In this document: positions 1 through 12,430 of the stretch, in pieces
Layout: each line of letters opens with the position of its first letter
Position numbering within the stretch: position 1 is the stretch's first letter
Assembly (NCBI GenBank): GCA_964016885.1
Contig: OZ024742.1
Coordinates: 85,560,001-85,624,000 of the forward strand
DNA from: Eledone cirrhosa
Lineage: Eukaryota
Direction of reading: 5' to 3'
DNA: 64,000 nucleotides
Position numbers and translations under genes: made by a program
The notes under the pieces: model-generated
The model's input: the letters and a program-made list of their open reading frames with translations, nothing else
Told to the model about the DNA's origin: nothing
Database searches by the model: none

Positions 1-424
1 GCATAAGAAATGTTAATACGATTGACACATTGTGCACTGGAGCGAAATACGCAGTATCACCTGACTTCGCACCCAGGGAATTTGATTTTAGACTATCTTT
101 TTTTCAAGTGGGCCGGTTTTGCCACAGCTAAAGTCTAATTGCCCTCAGTGAGATTAAGTTTAGGGCATCACCGGTTCTAAATTAGGGCGACCATTCTCAT
201 CATCAGACTACACGGAGAACCTGGTTTTATGGAACCACTAACCTGCCTTTGTCCGTTCACTTTTTCAGTTCCCAACTTTTTCAGTTCCACCACAGAATGC
301 TACAAGTTGGATTTGGGTTGTGACAGGCTAAAGATGACGCAAGACGTTTGGGAATATTAGTAAAGAGTACATTCTATGCCATTTCCCTCCGTTAGCATTA
401 AATGTTTCTGGTGGATTGGCAGTA

Positions 425-590
425 TCAGTAGAGGGTCGGACGCCATGCTTTCCAGCATAATTACGTCGCTTTACGATCAAATCCCGTCGAGGTTGACTTT
501 GCCTTTCATCCTTACGGGGTCGATAAAATAAAGTACCAGTAATGCACTGGGTAATTGCTGGCCTTGTGCCTAAAGTAGAAACAATTATTA
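425..590 (+). mobile_element. SINE (cephalopod Ceph-domain-like core)
   Basis: Core GAGGTTGACTTTGCCTTTCATCCTTACGGGGTCGATAAAATAAAGTACCAGT and 3' end GGCCTTGTGCCTAAAGTAGAAACAATTATTA. Near-identical copies at 5781-5947 and 51400-51498. Family name is from recognition, not a search. Confidence 0.75.
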
Positions 591-611
591 AATGTTTCCG
601 GATTAATTGCT

Positions 612-782
612 TATCGGCATAGAGTTATGGCCTTTTACGTACACAATCCCGTTGTGGTTACCTCTGCCTTTCATCCTTACGGAAGCGATAAAATAAAGTA
701 CCAGTATGGCATTGGAATCGTTTTAATCGATTTTCCACTTCCAAACTTTTTTTGGCCTTTTGCCTAAATCAAAAACCATCAT
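612..782 (+). mobile_element. SINE, second more diverged tandem copy
   Basis: TGCCTTTCATCCTTACGGAAGCGATAAAATAAAGTACCAGT…GGCCTTTTGCCTAAA matches 425-590. Confidence 0.7.
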
Positions 783-1209
783 GAAATATCTTCAGATTTA
801 ATATTTCTAAATATTTTTCTATATTGTTGTCATTATGGGACATAAACTGATTTCAGCAGCATATAGTTTTCCACCAACGATGTATTGTATTCGAATATAC
901 ATCCCAACATATTTAGTATAATTAAAACCAACAAAACATTTGTATAGATAAACACTAGACTATACGCTCAGCCAAATCTGCATACTCAATGTACATATGT
1001 ACAACATTATCAAAAGGCATTGAAAATGTGTATAACTCTGTAGATATTTGATGTCTGATAATTAGTGGGCAGTTCTTGCGTCGGACATGGTAAAATATGA
1101 AAACAAAACAAATATCTACCGTTGAGAGATCTGTATATAATAGGGGTATATTTATTATTCATACACAGTTGAATACGGCTAATGTTGATACAATCAAAAT
1201 GTCCTACGC

Positions 1210-1265
1210 TGTCTCTCGCTCTCTCTTTCTGTCTCTCTCCCCCCTCTCTCTCTCTCTCTCTCTCT

Positions 1266-1340
<75 letters not shown>

Positions 1341-1363
1341 GTGTGTGCGTGTATGTGTGTGTG
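1210..1363. repeat. compound microsatellite (CT)n(TA)n(GT)n
   Basis: Directly visible. Confidence 0.95.
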
Positions 1364-1507
1364 TGTTTTGTGCGTGTGTATGTCGATTTTGAGGGCATGT
1401 TTGATGATATCGAAACTTGAAATTTCACTCATCCCAAAATAGAATTGAATTATTCCGGAGTAATAACCCTCAGCACCTCTATAAAAGAAAGAATATTTAA
1501 ATCAGTT

Positions 1508-1655
1508 TGGATCTAGCAGTCGAAACAGCCGGGGCTCAGCCGTCAGGGTCTTGAATCTTTTCCTATTACCCACTCTACTACACTAAGTAGCGAGTATTCT
1601 GGTGCGTTCTCGTCCATCTGGTTTCTTAACATACTTTCTTTGATATATATATATA
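1508..1655 (+). mobile_element. diverged single arm of the PLE-type terminal repeat family seen at 41231-41415 and 50805-51090
   Basis: GTCGAAACAGCC…CTCAGCCGTCAGGGTC…TCCTATTACCCACTCTACTAC…CTGGTGCGTT aligns by eye with 50960-51090 and ends in (TA)n. Confidence 0.7.
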
Positions 1656-2206
1656 TTTAATACATTAACAGAGAAAGCTTTAAGCAATACTCCGACCGGC
1701 TTCCGTCTCACTCAACAAACATTAGGGTATACCTTAGTTTAATCCCAAGTATACGTTTGGGGTGCTAACTATACGTATTTTGCGGATAGCCAGTTTTATT
1801 ATTTTATATGAGACATAATTAAACGATCGTTTCATTATAAGTTTTCTACAAATTGGGAAAATAATGTCCAGGTTATGTAGAAGCCTACACATAGTCCGTA
1901 AGAATATATGTAGGTGGGCACTTATAAATCATCAGTGGATGCCCGACAAATATCGATATAAAAAAAAAACAACCATACCGATATTAATGTTCAGCGATGG
2001 TACACCTCCGTGCTAGCATGACACCCACATTTGAAATTCCAGCAGTATCAATGAGAAATCTTACACTGCCATCAAGCGGAAAGGGGAGAGCATCGCAAAA
2101 CATAAAATAATAAAACAATATGCACGCGGGTCAATTAATTCTTTCAATAATTTTAACCATGCGTGAAGAACTCAATTGGATATAATTTATATATATATAT
2201 ATCAAA

Positions 2207-2325
2207 GAAGGTATATATTAAGTTAACGCTCGATATAGCAGGAAGAGATTCTTAAAGTTTCGGACGCAAATCCTTCATCAGAAGAAAGAATGAGATATAA
2301 AATAGATTGAGTGGACGGCCGGATG

Positions 2326-2381
<56 letters not shown>

Positions 2382-2500
2382 CATCCGGCCGTCCCCTCAA
2401 TCTATTTTATTTCTCATTCTTTCTTCTGATGAATGATTTGCGTCCGAAACGTTAAGAATCTCTTCCTGCTATTTCAAGCGTTAACCTAATATATACCTTC
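2207..2500. repeat. fold-back inverted repeat (~125 bp arms) with (TA)n loop, PLE terminal-repeat derived
   Basis: 2207-2330 is the reverse complement of 2378-2500. Each arm has a hammerhead core. Confidence 0.9.
2421..2458 (+). ncRNA. minimal type I hammerhead ribozyme motif
   Basis: TTCTT-CTGATGA-A-TGA tttgcg TCC-GAAAC-GTT^AAGAA. Stem I is TTCTT/AAGAA. The opposite arm (2257-2281, minus) keeps stem II GGA/TCC. Stem III is reduced to palindromic ACGU. Confidence 0.75.
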
Positions 2501-2670
2501 CATATACTGTACCGATTGTGTTGTTATTTCTGTTTACTTTTTACATACATATATATATATATAAAATTTCAAGTTATCAATAATGTATTGATCATATATC
2601 GTCACATTAGAGATAAACAGCGTACGTGTAGGTTTGCTCAACGAGTATAAATTATATTCCGGAGAAAATG

Positions 2671-4035
2671 TAGAAAAGATGATTATAAAATGAATGTTCT
2701 TTTATAAAGGAATTGATTAGGTATTGACATATGTTTCTGTAACAGGCGGAATACCTATGTATCGCTGCTTGCGTAATCATATAATATTACCACGTAATCG
2801 ATATCAAATGTATAATCAGTTGTCACTTCTTCAAAGATATTGGAAAAATTGGTAAAAATCAAAAATATCGAAGTATTTATATTAGTCGTAAGAAAGGAAG
2901 AGGAGAGGGGAAAGTATATGACAGATGGCAATTCACTTTGCTGGTAAACAAGTGTATAGAAGGTTTTTATTGAGAATACAATGTTTATATGGCTTATTTT
3001 ATCTAAATAAGAATTTTTGTGAGTGCCGATTTTAATTTATATTTGACCAGTTAAACAATGGACAGGGTTGGTGGCTTGGTGTGGTAGTATTAATCCAGAT
3101 ATAAGCTGTCAAATCTCGTTTTTATAGACATTATAACTCGATAAAACATGAAAACCAGCGTTATGTAACAACACTCGCAGATAAGGCTTGGCAGCTGCGC
3201 CCAAATAACCAACAATTTAACCTAAAATGGGATATAAAAGCTGCTGCCCCGGTCTATTTCCAAGGACAGACATTGTGTAGATTGTGTAATATAGAAATGT
3301 TTTGTATCATGAAATCCAAAAATATGTTATTAAATAACAGAATAGAGCGATCGTTATACTGTAACCATCGCTTGAAATCTACATTTTCATAATACAAACG
3401 CTATCAGGATTGAACGCCTGGCTCCATCCCCGTTTGATTGTCAAAATATATATTAACATTATCACTATTCTTCATCATTTAATATAAAATGCTATAGATA
3501 AAATAAGATTCCTCAATTCAATTCCCTAAAGCATAAACCAACGGGCTACCGGCATTGTTGTTATACAGTAGCAGTGAAAATCTCTCTTCCTTACTTGACA
3601 CCTTATATCTGTATTAATACTACCACACCAAGCCACCAGCCCTGTCCATTGTTCAACTGGTCAAATATAAATTAAAATATGCACTCCCAAAAATTCTTAT
3701 TTAGATAAAATAAGCCATATACTCATTCTATTCTCATTAAAAACCTTCTATATACTTGTTTACCAGCAAATTGAATTGCCATCTGTCATAGACTTTCCCC
3801 TCTCCTCTTCGTTTCTTTCGACTAATATAAATACTTTGATTTTCTGATTATTTCCAATTTATCCAATATCTCTGAAGAAGGGACAACTGATGATACATTT
3901 GCTATCGATTACGTGCTAATATTATATGAGTACGCAAGCAACGATACATAGGTATTCCGTCTGTTACAGAAACATACGTCAATACCTAATAAATTCCTTT
4001 ATAAAAGCACTTTCATTTTATATTCATCTTTTCTA
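2671..4035 (+). mobile_element. 5'-truncated Penelope-like element with inverted terminal repeats (arms 2671-3112 and 3595-4035)
   Basis: ~440 bp arms are reverse complements. The spacer translates to a PLE GIY-YIG C-terminus. Confidence 0.85.
3111..3413 (+). pseudogene. PLE GIY-YIG endonuclease C-terminal fragment
   Basis: KSRFYRHYNSIKHENQRYVTTLADKAWQL…FNLKWDI…LCRLCNIEMFCIM…LNNR…CNHRLKSTF, homologous by eye to 60880-61170. Confidence 0.8.
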
Positions 4036-4054
4036 TATATATATATTTATATAG

Positions 4055-5775
4055 GAGGATGTCGAGGCAGGTAGCTTAGTTACATCTTCAGGGGCTGGAT
4101 CGTTGCAATGCACGGCAGCATCTGATCGGGGGTTAAATTAATGAACGTCTCTGGGAACCATTTTCTCCTCCCTTCTGTGCATATTGACTGTGGATCCTTT
4201 ATTGTTGAAGCTGGAGCTGTTGCAGGGCCTCCTGCTCGAGCTGGGGCGCGGAAATGCTGTTTCGGCAAAAGCGGACGACATGAACCTGATGGTGTCAAAC
4301 ACTTCGAGTCAAATCCGTCAAATAGCGTCGTCAAGCAATGAACCGTTAGAGTTGCTCGGGGTTTGGTTCGGACCAGACGTCAAGTTGGATAAGAATTAAG
4401 ATAATGTTATGATCACGGTAGCAGCTCTTACGCAGATATGGCCCTAGAAGAAACTGTCCCTTAAATGTAGGTGGATGTGGTGAAAACGTACATCACGTCC
4501 GTCATTTATTACCGCCTGGTCATCATGCATTTCTCCATTCTCGCCTTACCAAATTAGAGGGGCTCCTATTCAACTACTCGTGGAGGGGACACCTTCCTTT
4601 GTTGAGGCGGTCCATAACTTGGCAACGCCCTCTACGTGGAGAGCTGGGCATACTGTAGCTAATGATGGACAAATATACGCTCTCGCTACGGCATCTACAG
4701 ATGTTCTACTTAAATGGTGAACAGGCGTGGTCACCCTGTATGAAACATGCCTTCCTGCAGCTAGTCTCTTTGTCTGAGCTGCAGTCCTAATTCAAGAAGA
4801 GACCAAGACTGCGTGCCTGGCATCTTGAATATTACCAGGCGCTCATTGCCCGCTACCATCCGGGAAATGTGGTCAGTGTTACTCCCACTCTCAAGTTCTA
4901 CAGATAATTAGTGGTGGGCAAGTGCAATGACGCCCTCGGAGAGGGTCTGTGAAATCGAACTGACCAGTGTGATCCGGGTGACTTTTGAGAGGAGGACTAT
5001 GGCTAACTTTCAGACATGCTCCTCTTGGCAGTGCTACTAGGGGGCACAGCCGGTTAGAGATAAACTCTACAAGCACAGAGGTCCTCCCCGAAATACTTGC
5101 AGAGCAAGAAACCGTTCTGTAACCACTTGGAAAGTGTCCGTGCATTGCTGTCTTATGGATTTATATTGAACAGCTATCGTCACCTGTAGAAAGGATCTGG
5201 CTATTGAACTTCCCCATAGTGAATATCGCCACACCTTCTTTTCGGCAGTGAGAGCATGCAATTTTCCTATCTGGTGGCGGTAGCAAAAGAGGTTGTATGC
5301 CAGAGCAGGTTGAAAGAACTGAAGACAGATACATTTCTCTTCGGCCAATAACTCATTGACTTTTCCAAGTTTGACTTCGAAGGGTAGGTGAGGGTGGAGA
5401 AAGAAGTCGTGCTCCATCCCCCAGTACAAGTGGGTGAATGTGGCGAGAATGACCCATGTGAATGGGCCTACCTTGGGCATGCGACTGTAGGCTGGTTAAT
5501 TTGAGCGGGAGAGGGGTGCCCTTCTCGGATGTCCTGGAAGCGTCGGGATGTTTCAGTATTGGTGAAGTACGTGAGTCACCACTAGGCGGTCACCCTGCTT
5601 TGTGGGAATTAATTTTGTCCTATTTTTATATATTTTAATACATATTCATTGTTAATTGTTTTGGGTATTGTGGTTTTTTCACTCGATTTTCTTATAAACA
5701 CACACTCTTCCTGTCTTTGTGCTGTCTCTTATGTGTCGGTCCCCATGCCTAATAAATGAATCCTTTATTATTATT
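4055..5775 (+). mobile_element. old, 5'-truncated Tx1/L1-clade LINE
   Basis: Degenerate RT region (AVSAKADD, LLGVWFGPD, KLSLK, WVNVARMT) and 3' UTR homologous to 10490-12430. Ends in AATAAA plus (TTA)n. Confidence 0.8.
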
Positions 5776-5780
5776 TTTAT

Positions 5781-5947
5781 GCTTTCCAGTATAGGTACGT
5801 CTTTTTACGGTCTGAGTTCAAATCCTGCCGAGGTTAACTTTGCCTTTCATCCTTACGGGGTCGATAAAATAAAGTACCAGTAATACACTGTTATAAATTG
5901 TTGGCCTTTTGCCAAAAGTAAAAACAATTATTATTACTATTATTATT
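5781..5947 (+). mobile_element. SINE with (ATT)n tail
   Basis: CTGAGTTCAAATCCTGCCGAGGTTAACTTTGCCTTTCATCCTTACGGGGTCGATAAAATAAAGTACCAG…ACAATTATTATT. Confidence 0.8.
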
Positions 5948-6018
5948 TGAGTCTCCGTCATTGATGTTTTTTAACTGGAAAGTTTGATGAAATGAATATC
6001 AAGCCGCTACCTGCAGCC

Positions 6019-6672
6019 TCAGATATTCAGGACGTATCGGAGGGTTCTTACTGTTCCCAACAAGCCTGCCTTTTGAAGTGTTCCAAAAAGCGGAGCTAGA
6101 CTAATTTTCTTTAACCATCCTTGGAAATTCTTTGAGATAGTACCTAGTGCGCCTATGACAATCGGGCCGACGCTGACTTCATGGCAGTTCAACATCCTTT
6201 TTACATCCCACTTAAAGTCATGGTATCGGTTAATTTTCTCGCTCTCCTTTTCGTGCACTCTCGTGTCAAAAGCGCAGGCTACATCTACAATCAAGCATGA
6301 TATTTTTTCCTTGTCCAAAACCACCAGGTCACGCCTATTGTGTTCCAGTTTCTTGTCTGTCTGTATCCTAAAATTCCATAGCATCTTCACCTGATCATTT
6401 TCTATCACCGACTTCGGCTTATGCTCATACCATTTCTCAGAATGTGGTAAATTTTTTACTTTGCATTGGTGCCAGTGGATCACCCTGCCCATTACATCAT
6501 GTCTCCAGCCTTTATAGTGAGTCTGGGCTAGGTGTTTACACTTGGATACAATGTGAGCCACAGTCTCCTCCCTCTCTCCACATATCCTACACAGGGGGCT
6601 AGCCTGCTCCTTGTAAATATGGTGTTTCACCCACTTCGTTTTGAGGGCCTGCTCTTGCGCAGCCATTAGCAT
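6019..6672 (-). pseudogene. C-terminal zinc knuckle and RLE endonuclease of Dong/R4 element
   Basis: AAQEQAL…CRICG…ETVAHIVSKC…RHD…WNFRIQTD…DLVVLDK…IVIGALG. Confidence 0.85.
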
Positions 6673-6705
6673 TCCTTCTGTAGCCTTTTGTAAGGTCTCC
6701 TCTTT

Positions 6706-8466
6706 TTAACCAGTTCCATGTAAGTGGATCTCTATATTCAGCTTTCTCAAAAAGGGTACTATCAGGGGATTTTCTGTTATTTCCTCCTTGGACATCCTCT
6801 GGTCTATTGTGCTCTCCTTCTGTACAATTCTGAACATTGGCTCCCTACTGTGAGTCACGTATTTGTGCAGGTTGTTTTTCTCCATCTGAACACAGTCCTC
6901 TATGCTGCTAAGACCAGTACCAACTTTAGATCTCTTTAAGTAGAGTCTATCGAGATCACTCTTCTTGTGGAACATGTTGTAGATAGTCAATAGCTTACTA
7001 ATCTTCCTATCCATTTCTTTTTGTTCAGCAACATTCCATTTCAGAATTCTTGCACTGTACCTAATAATAAACACAGCTCGGGAATGCACTGCATTTATGA
7101 CGTTCCTACTATTTAGATGTGATTTTAATACGCTCCTTACTCTCCTAATGTACTCAGATCTTATCAATTCTTTCATTTTTTGTTTCTTGAGGTCAGCTTC
7201 CTCCAGAACGCCTAAATACTTGTATCCCTCTTCAGTGTCAATTTCCTTTATCATCTCACCTGTTGGTACTTGGATTCCGTTGCTTCTGCTCAATTTACCT
7301 CTCTTCATCACCAGGACTCCACACTTATTAATACCAAATTGCATACATATATCATTTCTGAAAATACGGACAGTGTCAACAAGTACATCCAACTCATTCT
7401 CACTCTTCCCAAAGAGTTTAGGATCGTCCATGAAGAGGAACTGATTGATGGTAAGCTCTCCTTCTCCCAACTGGTATCCTGCTCTCACTTTTCAAAGTAT
7501 AATGATCAGGGGTATCAGGGCAAGGACAAACAACAGAGGGGACAGACTATCTCCTGGAAGATACCTCTCTTGATCTTCACGCCTCCCAAGGATTCTCCAC
7601 CGGATGTTAACTCTGTTTCCCAGGCTTCATACGTTTTCTCAACAACTGTCTGATGTAATCTGCCATCTTGAAGATCTCTAGGCTTTTGGTTATCCAAGAA
7701 TGAGGTACCATGTCGAATGCCTTTTTGTAATCTATCCATCCCATGGCAAGACCAGTGTGTTTCCTCTTGCAATTCCTCATTAACATCTTATCAATAAGTA
7801 ACAAGTCTTTTGTACCAGGTGACTTCTTTCGGCATCCTTTCTGTTCGTCCGGTAACAAGGTGTTAATATGGAGGTGATGGTAAATTTCCTCAGACACAAT
7901 GCTAGTTAACAGTTTCCACATTACGGACAGACATGTGATAGTTGGTAACATCATTACCCTTGATTCGGTTTTTCATCACCAGAACTGTGGTACCTTTGTC
8001 AACCACTCTGGCACCTCACCCGACATCACGCAGTGATTGAAAATGGTTGTAAGTTCCGGGGTGGAGGGTTTTTATATTTTTGATCCAATACCTCTGCACA
8101 CCATCTGGGCCTGGTGATTTCCAGTTGGTTAGTTGTTTGGCCTGCTCTTAAAGAGTTTCAACTGTGATACTCAAATCAGTTTGTTGGTGTGCTTTTTCAC
8201 AAATCTGCTTTTTTACTGTCTCGATCCACACTGCATGATCATTATGTTCAACATCCTCTCCAGAATGTCTTAATTTGTTCCGCCTCGGGGATCAATTCGT
8301 TCCCTCTTTCTTTCCCTTCAAGCCGTCCAAGCAACATCTTCTGGTTGCTATCAAACAAGCGGTTCTGTCTATACTGACTGACTCTGCTGTCATACCGCCT
8401 AATCTGTGCACTCTTTGCTACAACGCGTTGCTTCAGTTCCTCTATGATGATATTTAGCTTTTCCAC
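6706..8466 (-). pseudogene. reverse transcriptase of Dong/R4 element (multiple frameshifts)
   Basis: ORF fragments 7607-7954, 7515-7772 and 6706-7488 carry successive RT motifs. Confidence 0.85.
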
Positions 8467-9049
8467 CTAGTTTTGTACTTTATTTCCAGTCTATTTTTAG
8501 TGTCTATGTTTTGTAGTGTCCCATTCAGTAGGGACTGAAGCTTTCCAATGTCATTTCTCATTTCCTTGATTTGACCATTCAGTCGTTTCTTCCACCAAGA
8601 TTCCGATATTTCTAGGTTTCCCACTATCATTGTTCATTTCATCGACCACTAAGTTTAGGATATCAACCAGATCTGGTACTAGCCCGTCAGTATTCATTTC
8701 CTCAATGGCCGTATCTTTGTTCCATATGTTATTTATTTCAGCATTCAGATCATTGTCTGCTTCGGGTGTTACCTCCGTTCACCTTCATTTCCCACTGGCT
8801 CGTTTGTCTGGCATACTACACTCTCCATTTCTAACCTCATCTCTCTGCTCAGTTCCTGCAGTTCCAACTCGCTTATCCACCCATTAGTTCTTATTACCCG
8901 AGCCTGCCCGGACAATTTTTGTTCATCTAATTTAAATAGTCCAATCTCGTTCCAGATGTTATGCACCCGTTTCCTATAGCCTTTTTCCTTGGGGTTACTC
9001 TTCAGGTAATATTCCATGACAGTTCTATTCAATTCTTTCGTCCAGTTGG

Positions 9050-9120
9050 TTCTTCTTCTTCTTCTTCTTCTTCTTCTTCTTCTTCTTCTTCTTCTTCTTC
9101 TTCTTCTTCTTCTTCTTCTT
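9050..9120. repeat. (CTT)n microsatellite inside Dong ORF
   Basis: Directly visible. Reads as in-frame poly-Arg in ORF 8769-9263. Confidence 0.95.
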
Positions 9121-9289
9121 CCAACACCAACAGTATTTGGATGACAGCCAGGTCCCTGCTGCTGGGACATGGGGCACTTGCTGGGTGAGAGTCTGTCACA
9201 TGGCTTTCCAGTCTCCTCTTCACCGTTATTCGAACTGTTTATGTTCGACATTTGTATACTCATATCGAGGATTGGTGAATGTATGGCTA

Positions 9290-9290
9290 C

Positions 9291-9342
<52 letters not shown>

Positions 9343-9343
9343 G
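9290..9343. repeat. (ATT)n microsatellite between Dong and Tx1 elements
   Basis: Directly visible. Confidence 0.95.
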
Positions 9344-9479
9344 AATACCATGGTTGACGGAGGCTCTGCTCTGTAAGGTATAGTAATTTTTAACCGTTAT
9401 AACAATTGTAAATTGTTTAAAACTTGAACCAAATTGTAGATAAAGACACCCTCCTCCTCGTAACAGGGGTCTTTCTGCC

Positions 9480-12221
9480 CGTTATTTGTCGGGAGTGGTC
9501 GTCAACAACAAGTGGTGATTCGCCCTGAAAAGGGCAATTAAAGTAGAGTCGATTAAGTTTAGCAAAGGACTAGTGACAGAGGAAAATAGAGTAGAGGGAG
9601 AGCTAGTCAAAAAGCTATAAGAGGCGTTTAGGAGAGGCATCGCAACCGACGTGCTTGCGGCGAGATTGGCACCCGACCAATTCTTCAACGCAAAACACAA
9701 AGGCTGCGTTCTCAGAGGTAGAGACGGGCTCTGAAACACGAGGGGACAAAAGCCGTCCAATGGGCACGGGTGACAGAGGTGTGACCAGGCAACAAAGCCA
9801 CAATTCGGTCTTTATCTGAGCAAAACGGGCGCGTGTTGCTCGAATCCGAACAGAGGCGTGAAGGTTTTCAGCAGCAATTTGCTGAACTGTCGGGAGCAGC
9901 GGTGGGCCGGACTTCAGTGCATACCTCGACGGACTGCGACGGTTCTCGATGACCACAGCACAGTGTTGCGAAGATACAATAACAGCCGGTGAAATACGGA
10001 AAGCGATGGCTAACTGCACGAAAATTAAATCGCCAGGTTTGGATGGTCTGCCCTACGAGCTTTATGCATTTATGCCAGACTTGTTCGGTGACCTCTTGGC
10101 AGACGTCTACTGCAACTGGCAGCAGAACGGGAGCATTCCCAGTTTTGTGATCCGGGGAGCGGTGGCGTTGCTGAGAAAAGACCCGAACAAGGGAGATGTT
10201 ATCAATAACTTCAGGCCCATAACCCTGCTAAACTCGGAGTTCAAGATTTTGGTCAAGGTGTTAGTAAAGAGGTTGGCGCTTGTCGTCAAGGGTCCGGTGG
10301 GAGAGGCGCAGACATGCGCCATTCCGGACAGATCCATACACGACAGCCTCCACCTCATGCGATACATTATAGAGAGGGTGGTTAAGGAACCTGGCAAGGG
10401 TGGGCCCTGATCAACCTGGATCAATCCAAAGCATTCGATAGGGTCGACCATCGTACCTGGCGGCCTTCCTCGAGGCAGCCGGTTTCGGGATCGCTTTTAG
10501 GGGTTGGATCGCTGCGATGTACAGCGACAGCTGCTCAGTTGTGAGCGTGACGGTCACCTGTCGCAGGCGTTCAGCATCATGCGCTCGGTCCACCAGGATT
10601 GTCCCCTCTCGTTCCTCTTGTACGTATTAGCTCTCGAGCCGTTACTGCACAAACTTGGGGCGATAAGGGGCGTACCACGCGAACGAGGATGCGGGAAATC
10701 CAAGTCGGCTTACGCCGACGACGTGACGGTCGTGTAATCGAGTACCAGGCATGTCCAGATGCTCGGCACCGCTCTTAAGGAATACAAAGCGGTGACAGGA
10801 GGATAGATAAACCCGGAAAAGTCGGTGGGCTTGCAGCTCGGCACCTGTAGAATCATGTCCATGCCGTCCGACAGCGTCGTGGGGCATTGGACAGACGGAC
10901 TGGTTAAATTGCTCTGGTTCTGGGTGGATCGGACCTCCAGATGGAGAAAAACTGGAGCGAGGTGACGAGCAAGTTGGCCTCCCTCACCCAGAAATGTGCC
11001 GAGAGGAAGCTGTCTCTGGAAGGCCGAGCGGAGGTGGTGAATGCGTACATCGCATCCATCATCTGCTACCGCCTCACCGTTGTCCCTTTCCCCGGCCCAA
11101 CTCTCACCAAAATGGAGCGCCTCCTCTTCCGCTTTGTGTGGAAGGGACGCGCTCCCATAGCCAGACGATCTATCTGCTGTCAACAACCGTTGCGTGGAGG
11201 ATTGGGCATGCCATGGCTGATAATGCGCAAACATGCGCATCGGCTGTGACATCTCTGGTGCTACCTTGACGGTGAACAGGTGTGGTAGCCATTCGCCAGG
11301 CACGTTTTCCCACAGTTCGTCTCCTTGAAGGAGTTGCAGTTCTGGGTCAGGTAAAGACCGAAGGGAAGCGCTTGGAAACTGGAATGTCTCCAGGCGCTCA
11401 CTTCCCTCTGCCAGCTTGAAACCAGTATCGGTGGAACATCCAACTCGGCGTTCTATAGATGACTAGTGGAGGGGAAGTGCGACGACGTTCTCGGAGAGAT
11501 CCTGGGCGTCGAAGAAGATCAGCTGTTTGCTCTCTTCCGGAGAACTTTCAGCCCAGGGCTTATGGATAACTTCCAAACATCCCTGGCCGTGCAGTGCTAC
11601 CGGGGAGCGTTGCCGGTTCGAGATAAGATCTACAGGCACGGAAGTGCCGTCAGCCGAGCCTGTCCGAGATGCGCGCAGAGCGACGAAACCGACGTGCATA
11701 CACTCGTTCAGTGCCCGACATTGCTGACTTGCGGGGCTATGTCGAACAGTTGGTGTCGCGTGTAAGATTGATCCGGTTATCGACTGAGTCCATTGTGCAG
11801 ATGATCTCGCCGTCTTCCTTCGAGGAGGGAGGGCAGGCGGTTTCATCTACCTGGTCGCCATGGCGAAAGAGATTTTGTGGTGGATAAGGTTGAAAGTGTT
11901 AAAGACAGACACTTTCCTCTTCGGCGAATCCCTAATTAACTTTTTCAAGTTTCACTTGAAGAAACAAATCAGGGTGGCGAGGCAAGTGCTGCCTTCTAGC
12001 AAGTTTGTTGAAAGGTGGGTTAATGTAGCGAGAATGGTCCGAGTGAACGGGACCGCTCTGAATATACGCCTGTAGTTTGAGAAATGGAAACATTGAGAGA
12101 GGGCGCTTGCCCTGGTGGTCAGGGCTGCCGTGGTCTTTTGTGTGGTTTTCGCCACGAGTAACCCGCGGAGGTTTCCCCCCTATTGGGGAATTTTTAAATT
12201 GTTTCAATTTTCATTTTTCTT

Positions 12222-12260
<39 letters not shown>

Positions 12261-12430
12261 TCTATGTCTTTTCCTTTTCTTTTCTTATATAAATAATAAA
12301 AAATCTTTACACGCACAAAACCTACATTGTACCGTTCTGTACCGTCCTGTGTCGTCTGTAATGTTTTTCTTGGTGTCAGCCCTTCTGGCCAATAAAGAGA
12401 TCATTATTATTATTATTATTATTATTATTG
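9480..12430 (+). mobile_element. 5'-truncated Tx1/L1-clade LINE, ORF2 pseudogene
   Basis: KSPGLDGLPYE, NFRPITLLNSEFKIL, LDQSKAFDRVDH, SAYADD, KLSLEGRAEV, C-terminal CPRCAQSDET..H…C knuckle. 3' UTR ends AATAAAGAGATC(ATT)n. Confidence 0.92.

Larger units (their letters stand above)
5948..9290 (-). mobile_element. Dong/R4-clade non-LTR retrotransposon (RT plus restriction-like endonuclease), near full length, frameshifted
   Basis: N-terminal NWTKELN…GYRKR…DEQKL. RT motifs EQKGC, WIDYKKAFDMVPHSW, GIFQ, FLFMDD, YKYLG. CCHC finger CRICGEREETVAHIVSKC, RHD and a PD-(D/E)xK-like RDLVV…VDV…EK…Y. Flanked by (TAA)n on both sides. Confidence 0.88.

Noticed and set aside
1097-1442. ORFs with CVCV/YIYI/THTH/RERE runs (also ~18165-18447, 19196-19786, 28109-28580, 42093-42841, 55229-55737)
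   Set aside because: These are translations of dinucleotide microsatellites, not genes.
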